Assembly: GCA_008690995.1 (NCBI GenBank) | Contig: VRMN01000015.1 | Location: 248,001 to 312,000 of the forward strand | Length of the DNA: 64,000 nucleotides | Origin: Porphyridium purpureum | Taxonomy: Eukaryota | Reading direction: 5' to 3' | Shown: one piece after another, positions 11,712 through 22,499 of the stretch | How the letters are laid out: each line of letters opens with the position of its first letter | Position numbering within the stretch: the stretch's first letter is position 1 | Position numbers and translations under genes: made by a program | The notes under the pieces: model-generated | What the model saw: the letters and a program-made list of their open reading frames with translations, nothing else | Told to the model about the DNA's origin: nothing | Database searches by the model: none

Positions 11712-12689
11712 GTTCTAACGTATGTTTACAATGTGCAAAGTTGAAATTTAAAGGGATTAGCTTTTCGTGGTGGCTATGGTTCTCGCTCTCTGCAGGTAGA
11801 CGAGCTGTGCTTTCGAACACTTGGCCTCTTTAGCATGCTCGCTGAAATGCATTTGCGCATTTGATGCACACAAGGTCGAAGTCTCGCACCTTGTTCCCAC
11901 GCAAAGTTGGATTTATAAGAGTGCGCACTTTTCCAGATCGTGTACGGTACACCCATTTTTTCAAATAGTACATCCATTTTTTAAGAACAAACACCCACGT
12001 TTTTTAAGAGCGCGCCTGTTTTGGAAAATATCTTTTGCGAGGTTGGTGCCGCAGCGGATTCGAGCGAGTAAAAGAAGGCCATGGCAGAGACAGAAAGTAT
12101 GAGAATACAAATGAAGGCCCTTTTATCAGACACAACGACTTCGACCTTGTCTCTAAGGATCTGGGGCCGCAGAAGCCTGCCAGCTTCGTCGTGCGGTATT
12201 AAGTACCAATGCTGCGCGCGAAGCGCGGAGCATCATCATCGCCGCCGCGCCCCTCCGCAAGAGATAACCGCAAGATGCGGTGCGCGTTTGCAGCCACCGG
12301 TCGGCTCGAACTGCGCGCCCACACGAGGTGGGCTTTGTCCTCCGAATCTGCCACAGAATGAGGGCGCGTACCCCCCTCCAGGCTGGGGGCTTGTGCAAAC
12401 AAACCCCCCCCTCCCCCGCTACTACCAGACGCTCCGAGACGCAACCCCTCGGACGGGGTACAGCTCCCGTCCCGTCATCCTTTTCACGACATCTTGTTCT
12501 GTTTCAGCACCATATCAAACTGGGTGCTTTTTTGACTTTTACGACTGTGCCGAAACTAGGCATTTTGAATGTTTTCAAATTTTACCTCAGAACAGGTGCG
12601 ATTGGCTATATATCGAGAATTGCAGAAAACTTTAAGTCCATGCCGCACGGCACGATGCATGGGAACGAAGCAGAGTCGAAAGGCGAGCA

Positions 12690-14743
12690 ATGCGGATCGG
12701 TCGGCGAAGGGGCGGGGCCGGGCGGGGCGGGGCGGGAGATACGAACAGGTGGCCAAGTAGATGGAACAGTAATGCGGTGGGGCGGCCGAATGCAACACAC
12801 GTGCGAGTAGGCCTTCGAAGAAGGCAGGAGAAGCTAGCGCGAGCTTGGCGGGTCGGAAAAAGAAAGCGCGCACGCGTGGAGGAGACTTCAGCAGTTCTTC
12901 CAGCCGCACGGTTTCAGTCGAGAAGCGATGTGAGCCGTACAAAGAGAAACCGCAGCGTACGATAGAGCTGCAGCGTGACACGGCGGATCCAGTTTGACTT
13001 CAGGCTTTGGAAAGTTTGCTGCCCTCGAATCCTGTACAGGAACCAAACGCGCACTCGGATACAACTAGATCATCACTATCAAACCAGACTGATGACGATA
13101 GCCATGCGTCCGATGATGTTGCGGCACCGCAAGAAAACACAGGCCTCGTGCCAAAGGTTGGCAATTGCGGATCTCCGGAAGGTGCTCTGAGGATCAATGC
13201 GGAAGCGCAAGAAGAATGCGCAGATGCGACAGCGGCACCGCAAGATATCGCAAGTGTTGTGCCAAAGTTGGGCGGCAGCGGATCTCCGGAATGTGCACCG
13301 AGGATCACTGCAGAAGCGCAGAGGGAGTGTGCAAGTGCGACAGCGGCACCGCATCTTGCTAGCGACTCGCAGGACACCCAGCTTGAGTACGAAACGGTTC
13401 AACCTGGTGTAACTCAGAGGGGTACCCCACAAGACGACACCGTACTGACGGGTCTTTGGAGCGGCGGGACGGGTCGTAACCCAAATGTGGCGGGCGGCCT
13501 GTCGCAAGAAACATCAGGTGCGCGCATGGATGGTGCTCACACGCAAACGGAGCCGTGCGACAGTACGGCTATGGAGCAAAGTAGGAGCCACTTGCGTCGG
13601 TCACGTAATTCGTCGTGCGACATCGCAACGCGTAACCTGCTGCGCACTGGACTCTTGCCTTTATGCGCTGGCACCAGTACATACTTTTTTGAAACTGTGC
13701 GGATGATATGGAGCACAGACTCCAATACCCGCAGCACTGCAATTCGCGATCTTGAGTCTTTCGACTTGCTGCACGCGCTCAAGGCTGGAGGTACCTCGCT
13801 GTGCACAAGTGTAGACAACTTCATGGAGAGGCACAACGACCTGGATACGGCTAAGGGAGTACTCCAGCGATTGCGCTTCAATGTGCGAGCTATTATGCAC
13901 GGCATGGTGCGACACGCAAGAAACACTATGTACGACAGGTTTCTTTACACCTTTCAGGCGGATCCCGGCACCGGTCAGAATAGCACTTCAGAGATCATGA
14001 AGGAAGTGTTCGGGTACCCGGCCATTGCAAGGGCAATCGAGAACCACAAGGTGCGTACCCTGTTCGCGTCGCGCGACCAGATTGTCATGCGATGGAGACA
14101 GAAGCTTGTACAAGTCATCGTACACGGCATGCTTGCTCTGTGTTTCTCCAAACCGGTCAATCCTTTCTGGTGTCGAAACCGTACGGCACATGGACGGTTT
14201 CAAGCTCAAGTTCCAACGCCATTGCAAGCGTATTCAGCGACCACAGCTTCCGGCGCATCGCCGCACGGCTTGTCACGCGAAGCCATTGTTTGCTTGATGC
14301 GCTACGAGATTATCTGCATGGAAATTCTGCGAGCTGTGGTGCACACCTTGCAGTTGGAGACCGGGTCACGAAGCACGCAACTAGGAAGCGATGGAGATGA
14401 ATATGTTCGCGCACGCGGAAAACAAAAGGGCATTCAGAGAACCATCGAATGGCCGTGGGACACTGCAATCGAGTGGTCCGCGCTCGTGAATACGACGTGT
14501 GAAGTCCCGACCAGTGACGGGAAAGTTATCATGCAGCTCGAGCAGGAGCGAATGAAACTGCAAGTGGTCGAACGCGGTACCGCACAGAAGAACATGGAAC
14601 TGATGCATACGCTGGAGGATATCAGCGGTCAAATCAGCGACTCAACCATTTCTTCGCGTGCGCGTGTATCGCTCGGTCCCGACGACGAAAATGAGCTCAA
14701 GAAACGTCTTGAGGCGGTCGACGACTTGCACGCTTTCATGTGA
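12690..14743 (+). CDS. Hypothetical protein, probably two exons (12690-12929, 13004-14743); basic N-terminus, 37-aa repeats, C-terminal coiled coil
   Basis: 578-codon stop-free frame. A phase-0 intron 12930-13003 (GTGAGC...TTTGACTTCAG) joins it to an ATG-started Arg/Lys-rich frame (VGKRKRAR). No family recognised. Confidence 0.6.
13121..13353 (+). repeat. 111-bp (37-aa) coding tandem repeat, about two copies
   Basis: GCGGCACCGCA recurs at 13121, 13232 and 13343; protein AAPQENTGLVPKVGNCGSPEGALRINAEAQEECADAT versus AAPQDIASVVPKLGGSGSPECAPRITAEAQRECASAT. Confidence 0.9.
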
Positions 14744-15098
14744 CAGATGAGTTGAGGCACCTCGCACAAAGTGGGAGCGCGACTGTAAGACACTTGGTAT
14801 GTTGGCTTGCGCCAGATGTGCATAATTGTTCTTACTCTTGTTCTTGGGCATTTTCGTAGGGAAGACTGACTAACCTTTGACCATTTCGAACCTTCTGGTT
14901 TTACTCCCATGTACATGCGCTTCTCATTCTTCTTCCGATATTTTCGTGCTTCTTCGCCTTCCTTTGATACTAGTCGTACAAATGATGCTTGCTTGCTGTT
15001 TGACCGTCATTTTTGCTGTTTGCTTGCGATGCTTCTTTGTCCGTTCTTTTCGCTGGTCGTGCAGCTGTCATGTTTCTTCTGTGCTTTTTGTACTACTT

Positions 15099-15245
15099 CT
15101 TCGTTCGGTGCTCCTTGTGCTTCTTTGTTTTCATTCGGTGCTTGCCGTGCTTTTCCTTCGTTCGGTGCTTGCCGTGCTTTTCCTTCGTTCGGTGCTTGCC
15201 GTGCTTTTCCTTCGGTGCTTGCCATGCTTTTCCTTCGTTCGGTGC
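15099..15245. repeat. 27-bp minisatellite (TTCGTTCGGTGCTTGCCGTGCTTTTCC), about five degenerate copies
   Basis: Directly visible tandem units; the minus strand translates as EGKARQAPN repeats. Confidence 0.9.
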
Positions 15246-16843
15246 GTGTCGCACAACCGTCGTGCTTCCTCCGAGACTGTCGTAATTCCATGTTCGTTTC
15301 GTGCAGGCTTCCGAACAGCCAGACGTTCGTCCGTGAGACCATGAATCCCCCGTGTTGTACATCCAAATAGTTCGTAAACGAATATTAGATAAAGTACGAA
15401 TACAAAGTGTCAGGTGTTAGGCATATACGTACGTATATACAGTACGGATATAGGACAGGCGTGCACACGTTTACGCCGCATATGTACAATTATCATGTAC
15501 ACACATATATTTCCATCCACACATGTACTGTAAAACTATATGGCGCAGAAAATCAATACATACTGTCCACTTATCGGGATTATTATGTACACTTAAAAGG
15601 TACTAGTGGTAATTTATACTCTACCGTTACAATGCCTACGCCCTGTGTAAATGTACATAATCATCTTATACATGTACAGAATACGTCTTATAACCGTGAA
15701 GTATATACGATGTAAAAGACACAGACTGATAAAACATTCTGCACTGCATTTTGATGCTTCGCCGCCATTTCGCAATTCAATATCGGATTGTAAAGCATTC
15801 GTAAAGTACTTTTCACCAAACAATTACCGTTCGGACCGAAAGTGACGTCAATAAATACGTTCGGTTTCTGGGCAGGGAGTTTTAAAAAAGTAGAGTTTGA
15901 AATGGCTGGGGCTATCTGGATCAACAAGTTGAATTGTATCTCGCGCAAAAGATTGCACCAGTACGGGGCGGCGAGAAGTGGAATTCGTCTTCGCAGGAAA
16001 ATCGCAATGTGCGCCATCATGAATGATGAGGACTGAAGCGACGGCATTGTGTTCTGCTTGCGTTGGTCAGTGTCGCAGAGTGTGTTTGCGAGCTGTGGAC
16101 GTCCTCGCACATTAGTCAAAAGTCCAAGGGGGGCAAGGTTTGTCGTTGACCAGTGTGTGTTTGTATGCGATTAATAGCCATTAGTAGAGCAATGGCGAGC
16201 AAGACACCAATGTATGTCCACGGCGAGACAGCAAATAGAGGATCTCCACCGACTTTCAGTAACGGCAGATCTCTGCATTCGTTTGTTACTTTCTCTCCAT
16301 TTGCAGCTCCCGAACTGTCAAAACTTTGGACTTTTCGTGGAAAGAACACCGCCTTACCTTGGCCACGGAGGGAAGAAATCGGAGGCCAGACGTGCCGGCG
16401 GGTTCAACCGGCGGGTTCCACCGGCGGGGTTTGGCACACTGGTGCCGAATGCTGGGTATAAAACGACCGGCGCCGCCCGGTGCGTAGTGTGTCCCCCTTA
16501 GTTTGTTTAGTCAAGAGAGTCCTAGTTTGTGCGTTAGTGAGATAAAGTCCATTTGCTTGGAATTTCACTGAGATCTCCCGTCGCAAGACGCGCACCACTT
16601 CGTAGTCGCAGAACTCTACTGAACCACGGGTTATGAGCCCAGTGGCCACGAGTGCCACAGCGGAATTAGATTACACTAGTCACGCAGTAGATTTCCTCCG
16701 ACATCACGGAGAAGACCGTGAAGCTGAAGCTTCGGTGAATACCTCTAGAAAGAGAAGGCCGTCGAGTACGACTCCGGCGTATACCTGCACTTGGGAGAAG
16801 ACGCGAGAACACATCTTCCATCGCGAACGTCAAGCCTCGTTGA

Positions 16844-17498
16844 ATGGATCCGAGGAACATTTCAAACACGCCGCCAGCCTCGCCGCGTCCGCCACGAGGA
16901 GACCCCAGTCGACTTCAGCAAGCGAAGAACCAACGAAGGCAGGATGCCTTATCCCTCTTCCAACCGGAGCTAGAGGGGATGCGCGCAGCGTTGCACGATC
17001 AGATAGTGCAAATGAAGCAGCGCATGTCTGCCATGGCAGCGGAACACAGCCGCGAAAGGCAGAGCTGGGAGCAGCAGGCGGCGGCACAGATTGCATCGCT
17101 TGGCGCGGAGGCCGCGAGGCAGCGAGTCGCTCCGGCGCCAGTCTTATCATCTTTAAAACCAGCCCCCATGATCTACTACGGGGGTGAGCGCACAGCGGCA
17201 GCGCTCCTCAAACGGAAAACAGCAGCGCGAGACCGCGTCTACTTGCCCGCGAAAACCGAATGGGAAAATGCCGGAAGGACGTGGGCCGACGAACAGGAAC
17301 ATCAAGTCGTAACTACGCTGGCGACTTACTTTATCGAGGACACCCAGTCATGATTTAAATCTTTGGCGCTGCGACCGTCAAACTTCGAGGATCTCGTTCA
17401 TGCGGTTGAGCAACGCTATACTCCCCACGGGACAGAAGCCAAGACGCGCATGGAGATGTTAAAACTTGTACAAGGACGCGCGAATGTCCAAGACTACG
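16844..17498 (+). pseudogene. Retrotransposon gag (Ty3/Retrotrans_gag-like), with an in-frame stop and truncated by a solo-LTR insertion
   Basis: Coiled-coil N-terminus, then LATYFIEDTQS*FKSL..RPSNFEDLVHAVEQRYTPHGTEAKTRMEMLKLVQGRANVQDY. The TGA sits at the expected Trp; 'L.QG..V..Y' is a major-homology-like motif. Confidence 0.75.
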
Positions 17499-17796
17499 TG
17501 TTACCAATGCTGTGCCTTTATTCTCTCTCTGCGTCTTCTTACCTCTTCTCTCTCCGAGCAAGACCTGACCGGCTAGTCCGGGCAGGCGCGTCGCCTTTTT
17601 ATACCCTTACTTCCGCCAGAGACAGCAAGGCGCCAAGAGAAATGACAATGCAAATCATTGGCATTTCTGCGCACATCTAGAAGTTTCTGGAACCTCTAGA
17701 AGCTTCTAGAAACGGTTAAACGGTCTACCGGTTTAACGGCTTACCGGTTTCGGATTAACCGAACCGTTCTAGGTGACTGGGGTCGAACGGATAACA
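17499..17796 (-). mobile_element. Nested solo LTR (298 bp, TGTTA...TAACA) in antisense orientation
   Basis: Perfect 5-bp terminal inverted repeats and TATAAAAA on the minus strand at 17603-17596. It interrupts the gag frame exactly at 17499. Flanks CTACG/CGCGC do not form a TSD. Confidence 0.8.
17675..17711. promoter_or_regulatory. Heat-shock-element-like array (nGAAnnTTCnnGAAn, twice)
   Basis: ATCTAGAAGTTTCTGGAA-C-CTCTAGAAGCTTCTAGAA, ~70-110 bp upstream of the TATA box of the antisense solo LTR. Confidence 0.65.
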
Positions 17797-20059
17797 CGCG
17801 CACATCGACGCAGAACGCGCGCGCGCGCGAATCGACACGAAAGGATTCAGCTTCCGTGGTCTGACGCAGAAGACACAATCAACGGAAGTTGGCGCCCGGG
17901 ATGAGGGTTTGTGAGACGCGCGAGGCGCGAAGGAAAAATTGAAGGTGAACGATGCTGTCGACCAATTATTTTTCGCACAACAGGAGTGGATGATTGTCTT
18001 GGATCGTGGCCGCGGATGCCGCGTTGGGGGCGCGTGGAAAGAACACCGCGTTACCTTAGCCACGGAGGGAAGAAATCGGAGGCCTGGCGTGCCGGCGGGT
18101 TCCACCGGCGGGTTTTGGCACATTGGTGCCGAATGTTGGGTATAAAACGACCGGCGCCGCCCGGTGCGTAATGCGTCCTCCTTAATTTGTTTAGTCAAGA
18201 GAGTCCTAGTTTGTGCGTTAGTGAAACAAAGTCCATTTGCTTGGAATTTCACTAAGGTCTCCCGTCGCAAGACGCGCACCACTTTGTAGTCGCAGAACCC
18301 TACTAAACCACGGTTTCTCCTACAAAGCTGTTCTTCTACTGCGCAAGGTTAAATATTTCCTGCAGGTAGCTGCCTCTTGCAGCTGTCGCAGACGGCGTCG
18401 TGGGGCGTACAGCACAGCCTCACCTCGTGCGTAAATAGTGCGCCCCACTTTTGGGGGTGCGCCGTGGGATGCGAAGGTTAGAAGTAGAGATTAGCGTGGA
18501 GAATAGACAAGACTAAAAGTTTGTTGTGCTAAAAAGTGGCAAAGGGCTGAGAAGCTACCTCCTGCGAAGCCGACCGCGCGTACGCTGTGGGAATCCCATT
18601 GGCGGCCGCGTAGCAGCCTTCTCCGCGCTGTGTAGGTCTCTTCGGGGTTGCTCACACCCCGTGAAACCGGTTAGAAAAAGCGACACGAACCGACGGGTAT
18701 CCTGCCATCAAATTCGTGGAATTGTTGAAGGCAGGACATGAGAAAGCGTAAAGCCCGATGACAATGCTTGAGCCAAACAGTTCAAGATCTTATATGTCGT
18801 GGGCTACTGCCGTTAGTTGTCAAGCCCGGCCCGGTAGAATCCGGGTCGCGCTTATGGTTTGGGAGAAGTTTGAATATTTATCGGCGACATTTGACGTGCG
18901 GCCGCCTCTTCAAGGTGCACAGAAGAGATCTCTCAGCCCGTCTCGCGAATTGTACGATGACAAAGGGTGTGTGTGCCCGACTGATGCCATGCTGGACGTG
19001 GGTCGCGTGGATGGCGTATGCAGAACAGTCTCAAGAGTGTGTGTACTCTGTTATGGCGGAGATCTGTAAATTCCTTCAAATGTTCTTTTTTTTTACACAC
19101 CGAAGCGCATGTGCGCTTGGTATTGTGGAGTATTTGCTGCTTCAGGGTAAAGCAGAGGCCCTCGCTCGCAGTTTCGGTTTCCGTCAATTACTGCATCGGT
19201 CTCTGTGGGAGCGTTTAAAGTACCACAAGAACAGCTCATCCAATCATGTGCCCCTGCCACGGTTCAACTCACTAGAGGAGGACGGGGAGGCAATTGAGTG
19301 GGTGTTGCATGGTTGACCGCTACTTACTTTGTGCGTACGTTTGTGTTGCGAAGTTTCGGAAAATCGATTTCAGAACTCTGCCGGGACAAATACATTTGGG
19401 CTTTACGTGGCAAAGAAATGGATGTTCATGCCGGTGTCGGGACACATGAGGCAGGCGAGTGCTCAAGGCCAGGTGCCAAGTCGCCCACCTCATAATTTTG
19501 GTCGAACAGGTTCATGATGACTGTTCTTGGGCTCTGCGATAACAGCTCCGAGCGACACGAACCAGGTCGAACTCAAAATTTGAATGCAGCACGTAAAGAA
19601 CCCGTTTTCAAGATTGGGGTAAATATCGAGGGTATGTGCATTTTGTAGATGCATGCTTTGTACGTTGCACACTGGGAAGACCTAGCCAGACGCGGAGCGG
19701 CGGAAGAGAAGGCATCTACGACTCTGGCGCATGCATGTTTGGCCACAGAATTCAAATAAGTGTCTGTAAGTGTGCAGCTAGTCTCGAATTCGTGGCGACA
19801 ACTGATCGGTCTGAGCTGGCGTCTGGCGCCTCGAATTGCGAATTCGCAGCGACGGATGATCTCATATCTCAAGGTGCAGTTGAAGCAGGAAGTTGCTGCG
19901 TTCTAAAAGAAGTGGATGGTGAAGGTGCGCGCGCACCTGTTGATGATCTCCCATCGTCAGCGGATCCCTGATCGTGGCCCATGCCGTGAGCAAGCTACAT
20001 GAGCTTCTTGAAAGAAAGGCTCGGAGGTGAGTACATGATCATTCTGAAATTGATTCACC

Positions 20060-20111
20060 TTGCGCAGAAAGCTTTGCGCAGAAAGAGTTGCGCAGAAAGA
20101 GTTGCGCAAAA
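20060..20111. repeat. 14-bp tandem repeat TTGCGCAGAAAGAG, about 3.7 copies
   Basis: Units start at 20060, 20074, 20088 and 20102. Confidence 0.85.
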
Positions 20112-22499
20112 ATCTCGAGACTATTGTGCTTGATGTCCATGGCAACATTTACGTCAAAGATCCTCCGTTGACTGTAAACGATGGCGCCTTGCCTTTGTGT
20201 TGGGCAGTTCGTAAATGTGCTGAGCTCAATGCCGTTCTCACGACAAATGTGCCCGACGCAAGGTTGAATGGTTCGCATTCTAGGCAGGTGGATCTACGTC
20301 TCGACGGCATGCTGACAGTATGTGCTTCTCTCACCGACACGTGAGAAGATTCCAGGTAGCAATTCGGAGTGTCAAGTGAACATGTCATCATGGTCAAAAG
20401 CGATGCCAGGACAACGTAGGGACCTCCAGTATCCTTGGATCATCAAAGGTCTGATTGTATTGCCAAGAAAGAAACGAATTCGATATTTTCCATGGGCGTT
20501 GCCTTGGGTTTCTTCCTGTCAGCCAAAGTAAGACAGCTTTGGCATATTCGTTCGCTACTCGGTATCCTGTCGCGAGATTCGTTGTACGGTTTTGCCGTTT
20601 CGTGTCAGGGCTCTCTGGCTGTTTCGCAACTTCTACGTCGTGCTTGATGCTTGACCACGTTCCCCATTCGATATCGGGAAATCCCAGTCATACTCCAAAA
20701 CATCGTACAGCGTCAGTGTTCTTTTTATAAACCTGATATACTGTGTTTCATTTTTAATCTGCACGAGCCCACACAGGAGCGAGCTTGCTTCTAAATCTGA
20801 TGAGTTCAGTACGACGACTGCTTGCCACCGAGACCAATTACTGTTTTCATCGAGCACGAGTTCGGCTGGTCATGGGACGCCTCGTAGAGTCTGTGCAACA
20901 CAAATTCGTAACCAAGTCTCTGGATTCGTTGATCTCTTGGTGTACGCTGACCAGATTGTTGCAATTTTGCTTTCGATGTCTGCCACCAGCAACTCCATCC
21001 TGAAGACCTGCATTAAAGCTTCGAGTTCGGATTTCGCAACGAGTGGATTCGAGTGTTGAAACTTTGCGCATTGAAGCTTGTACTGTCTTTTCTAGTTCGG
21101 ACAATCGGGAAATCATTTTGACGATGTCCGTTGAAAACATGAGAATACGTAGAGATTCTTCGATTCCTTCCCTTGGAGCAGCACCTACTCCGTTGCTCCA
21201 ACGGTATCCGCCGGCGGAAAGCAGTAGTGATAGATTCATCCGGGAGGTACCATGACCTTCTGTTCCTTACCTTTTATCCATGCTTGAATGTGACAGACGC
21301 TGTCGGCACCTGAATGGTTGTTCAGAGCAATCCGTGCGCGCTTTCAGGCTCGCTCGCCTTCTTTTTGACCTTGGCGCTGTGTATGTGTCGGCATTCTCTC
21401 CTCAAAGAATAGCCTCTTCACTCTTTGCATTGCGCATCGTTTCCCATTCTTGAAATGCATGTTGTTCATCACTATTGTAGTGATTGTTGTTGATATTAGC
21501 ATCCATCAAATCATAAGTTCAGGTGTTGTTGAGCTAAATCGAATTTTATGTGTCCCGACTAAGTGTTTGACATGGATCGATTGGTTTGATCTGATTACGA
21601 AACTCAAAACAGCTACAGTGGACAAGAATTCGGCAAGGTTCTACTGTGAAATTTGCCGGGCAAGTCTGCCCCTTCTCCACGACGGACAATGATGCTAGTG
21701 AAGGAGCTCTACTGTCCGGGAACCCTAGAGATATAGCACGAGATCTTGCGTACTCACAAAAAGGTACGATTCAGCAATACGATATACCGCATGAAGTATT
21801 TCCGCTGAAGCGGTTTACGGCCGTCACGAAGAAGCAGGTCTCAGATATATTCTGCACGCGCGACCAGTTGAACTCAACTCACTCCTAACGCGCGTACAAC
21901 CAAGTGAATTCAACACAAACGTAACGCAGGCGCGAGCAGTCGGACTCAACAGAGACGTCACGCACACGTAAGCCGTCGAACGCAAAACCGAAATCACGCG
22001 CGCGTGATCAGCTGATCTCGATGCAAAAGTGTCCCAGCAAGGCAATGAGGTCGTAGCCGGAAGTTGTAATTGGGATACGAAAGCGTTTGCTAAATACGAA
22101 ACCGAATGGTCCATATTTTCACACTGACAGTGAAACCATCAACCGGGACACCGTCTCGAAACCGTTCGCGCTCACTGGTTGCAAAGATGAGGTTCGCGGT
22201 TCACGCGCTTCCTGAACCGTGAATCCTTCACGGCTCTCGACTAAACTTTATCGGTTATCGAACCGCCGATACCAGCGATCGGTTAACTTTGAAGGATTCC
22301 TAGTTCAGGGAAATGTTAAAAATATAAAACCTGTAGAATGTCCAACATACAACTTTGCAAATTAAATATCACTTGAATTATTGGAGTTCGCGTTATTTCA
22401 ATTAAGTAGAGAAAGTATTTGGACCTCGAAAACCGTTCGTGGACTGGAGCACATCATCATTAGTGTATTGGACATGACACCAACCAGATTCAACCAAAC

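Larger units (their letters stand above)
16336..18312 (+). mobile_element. Internally deleted LTR retroelement: LTRs 16336-16628 and 18033-18312, half-tRNAiMet PBS, gag pseudogene
   Basis: Two direct repeats of 293 and 280 bp (one 13-bp indel and ~18 substitutions by hand alignment), each with TATAAAA. GGTTATGAGCCCAG lies immediately after LTR1 and TTGGGGGCG immediately before LTR2. Confidence 0.92.

Noticed and set aside
15099..15245. CRISPR array, or a real EGKARQAPN-repeat protein
   Set aside because: No spacers; the repeat keeps several frames open on both strands, so the ORFs are likely by-products.
17797..18032. Chromodomain or integrase tail before the 3' LTR
   Set aside because: Only a vague W..E...SW.P pattern, which is not enough to support the call.
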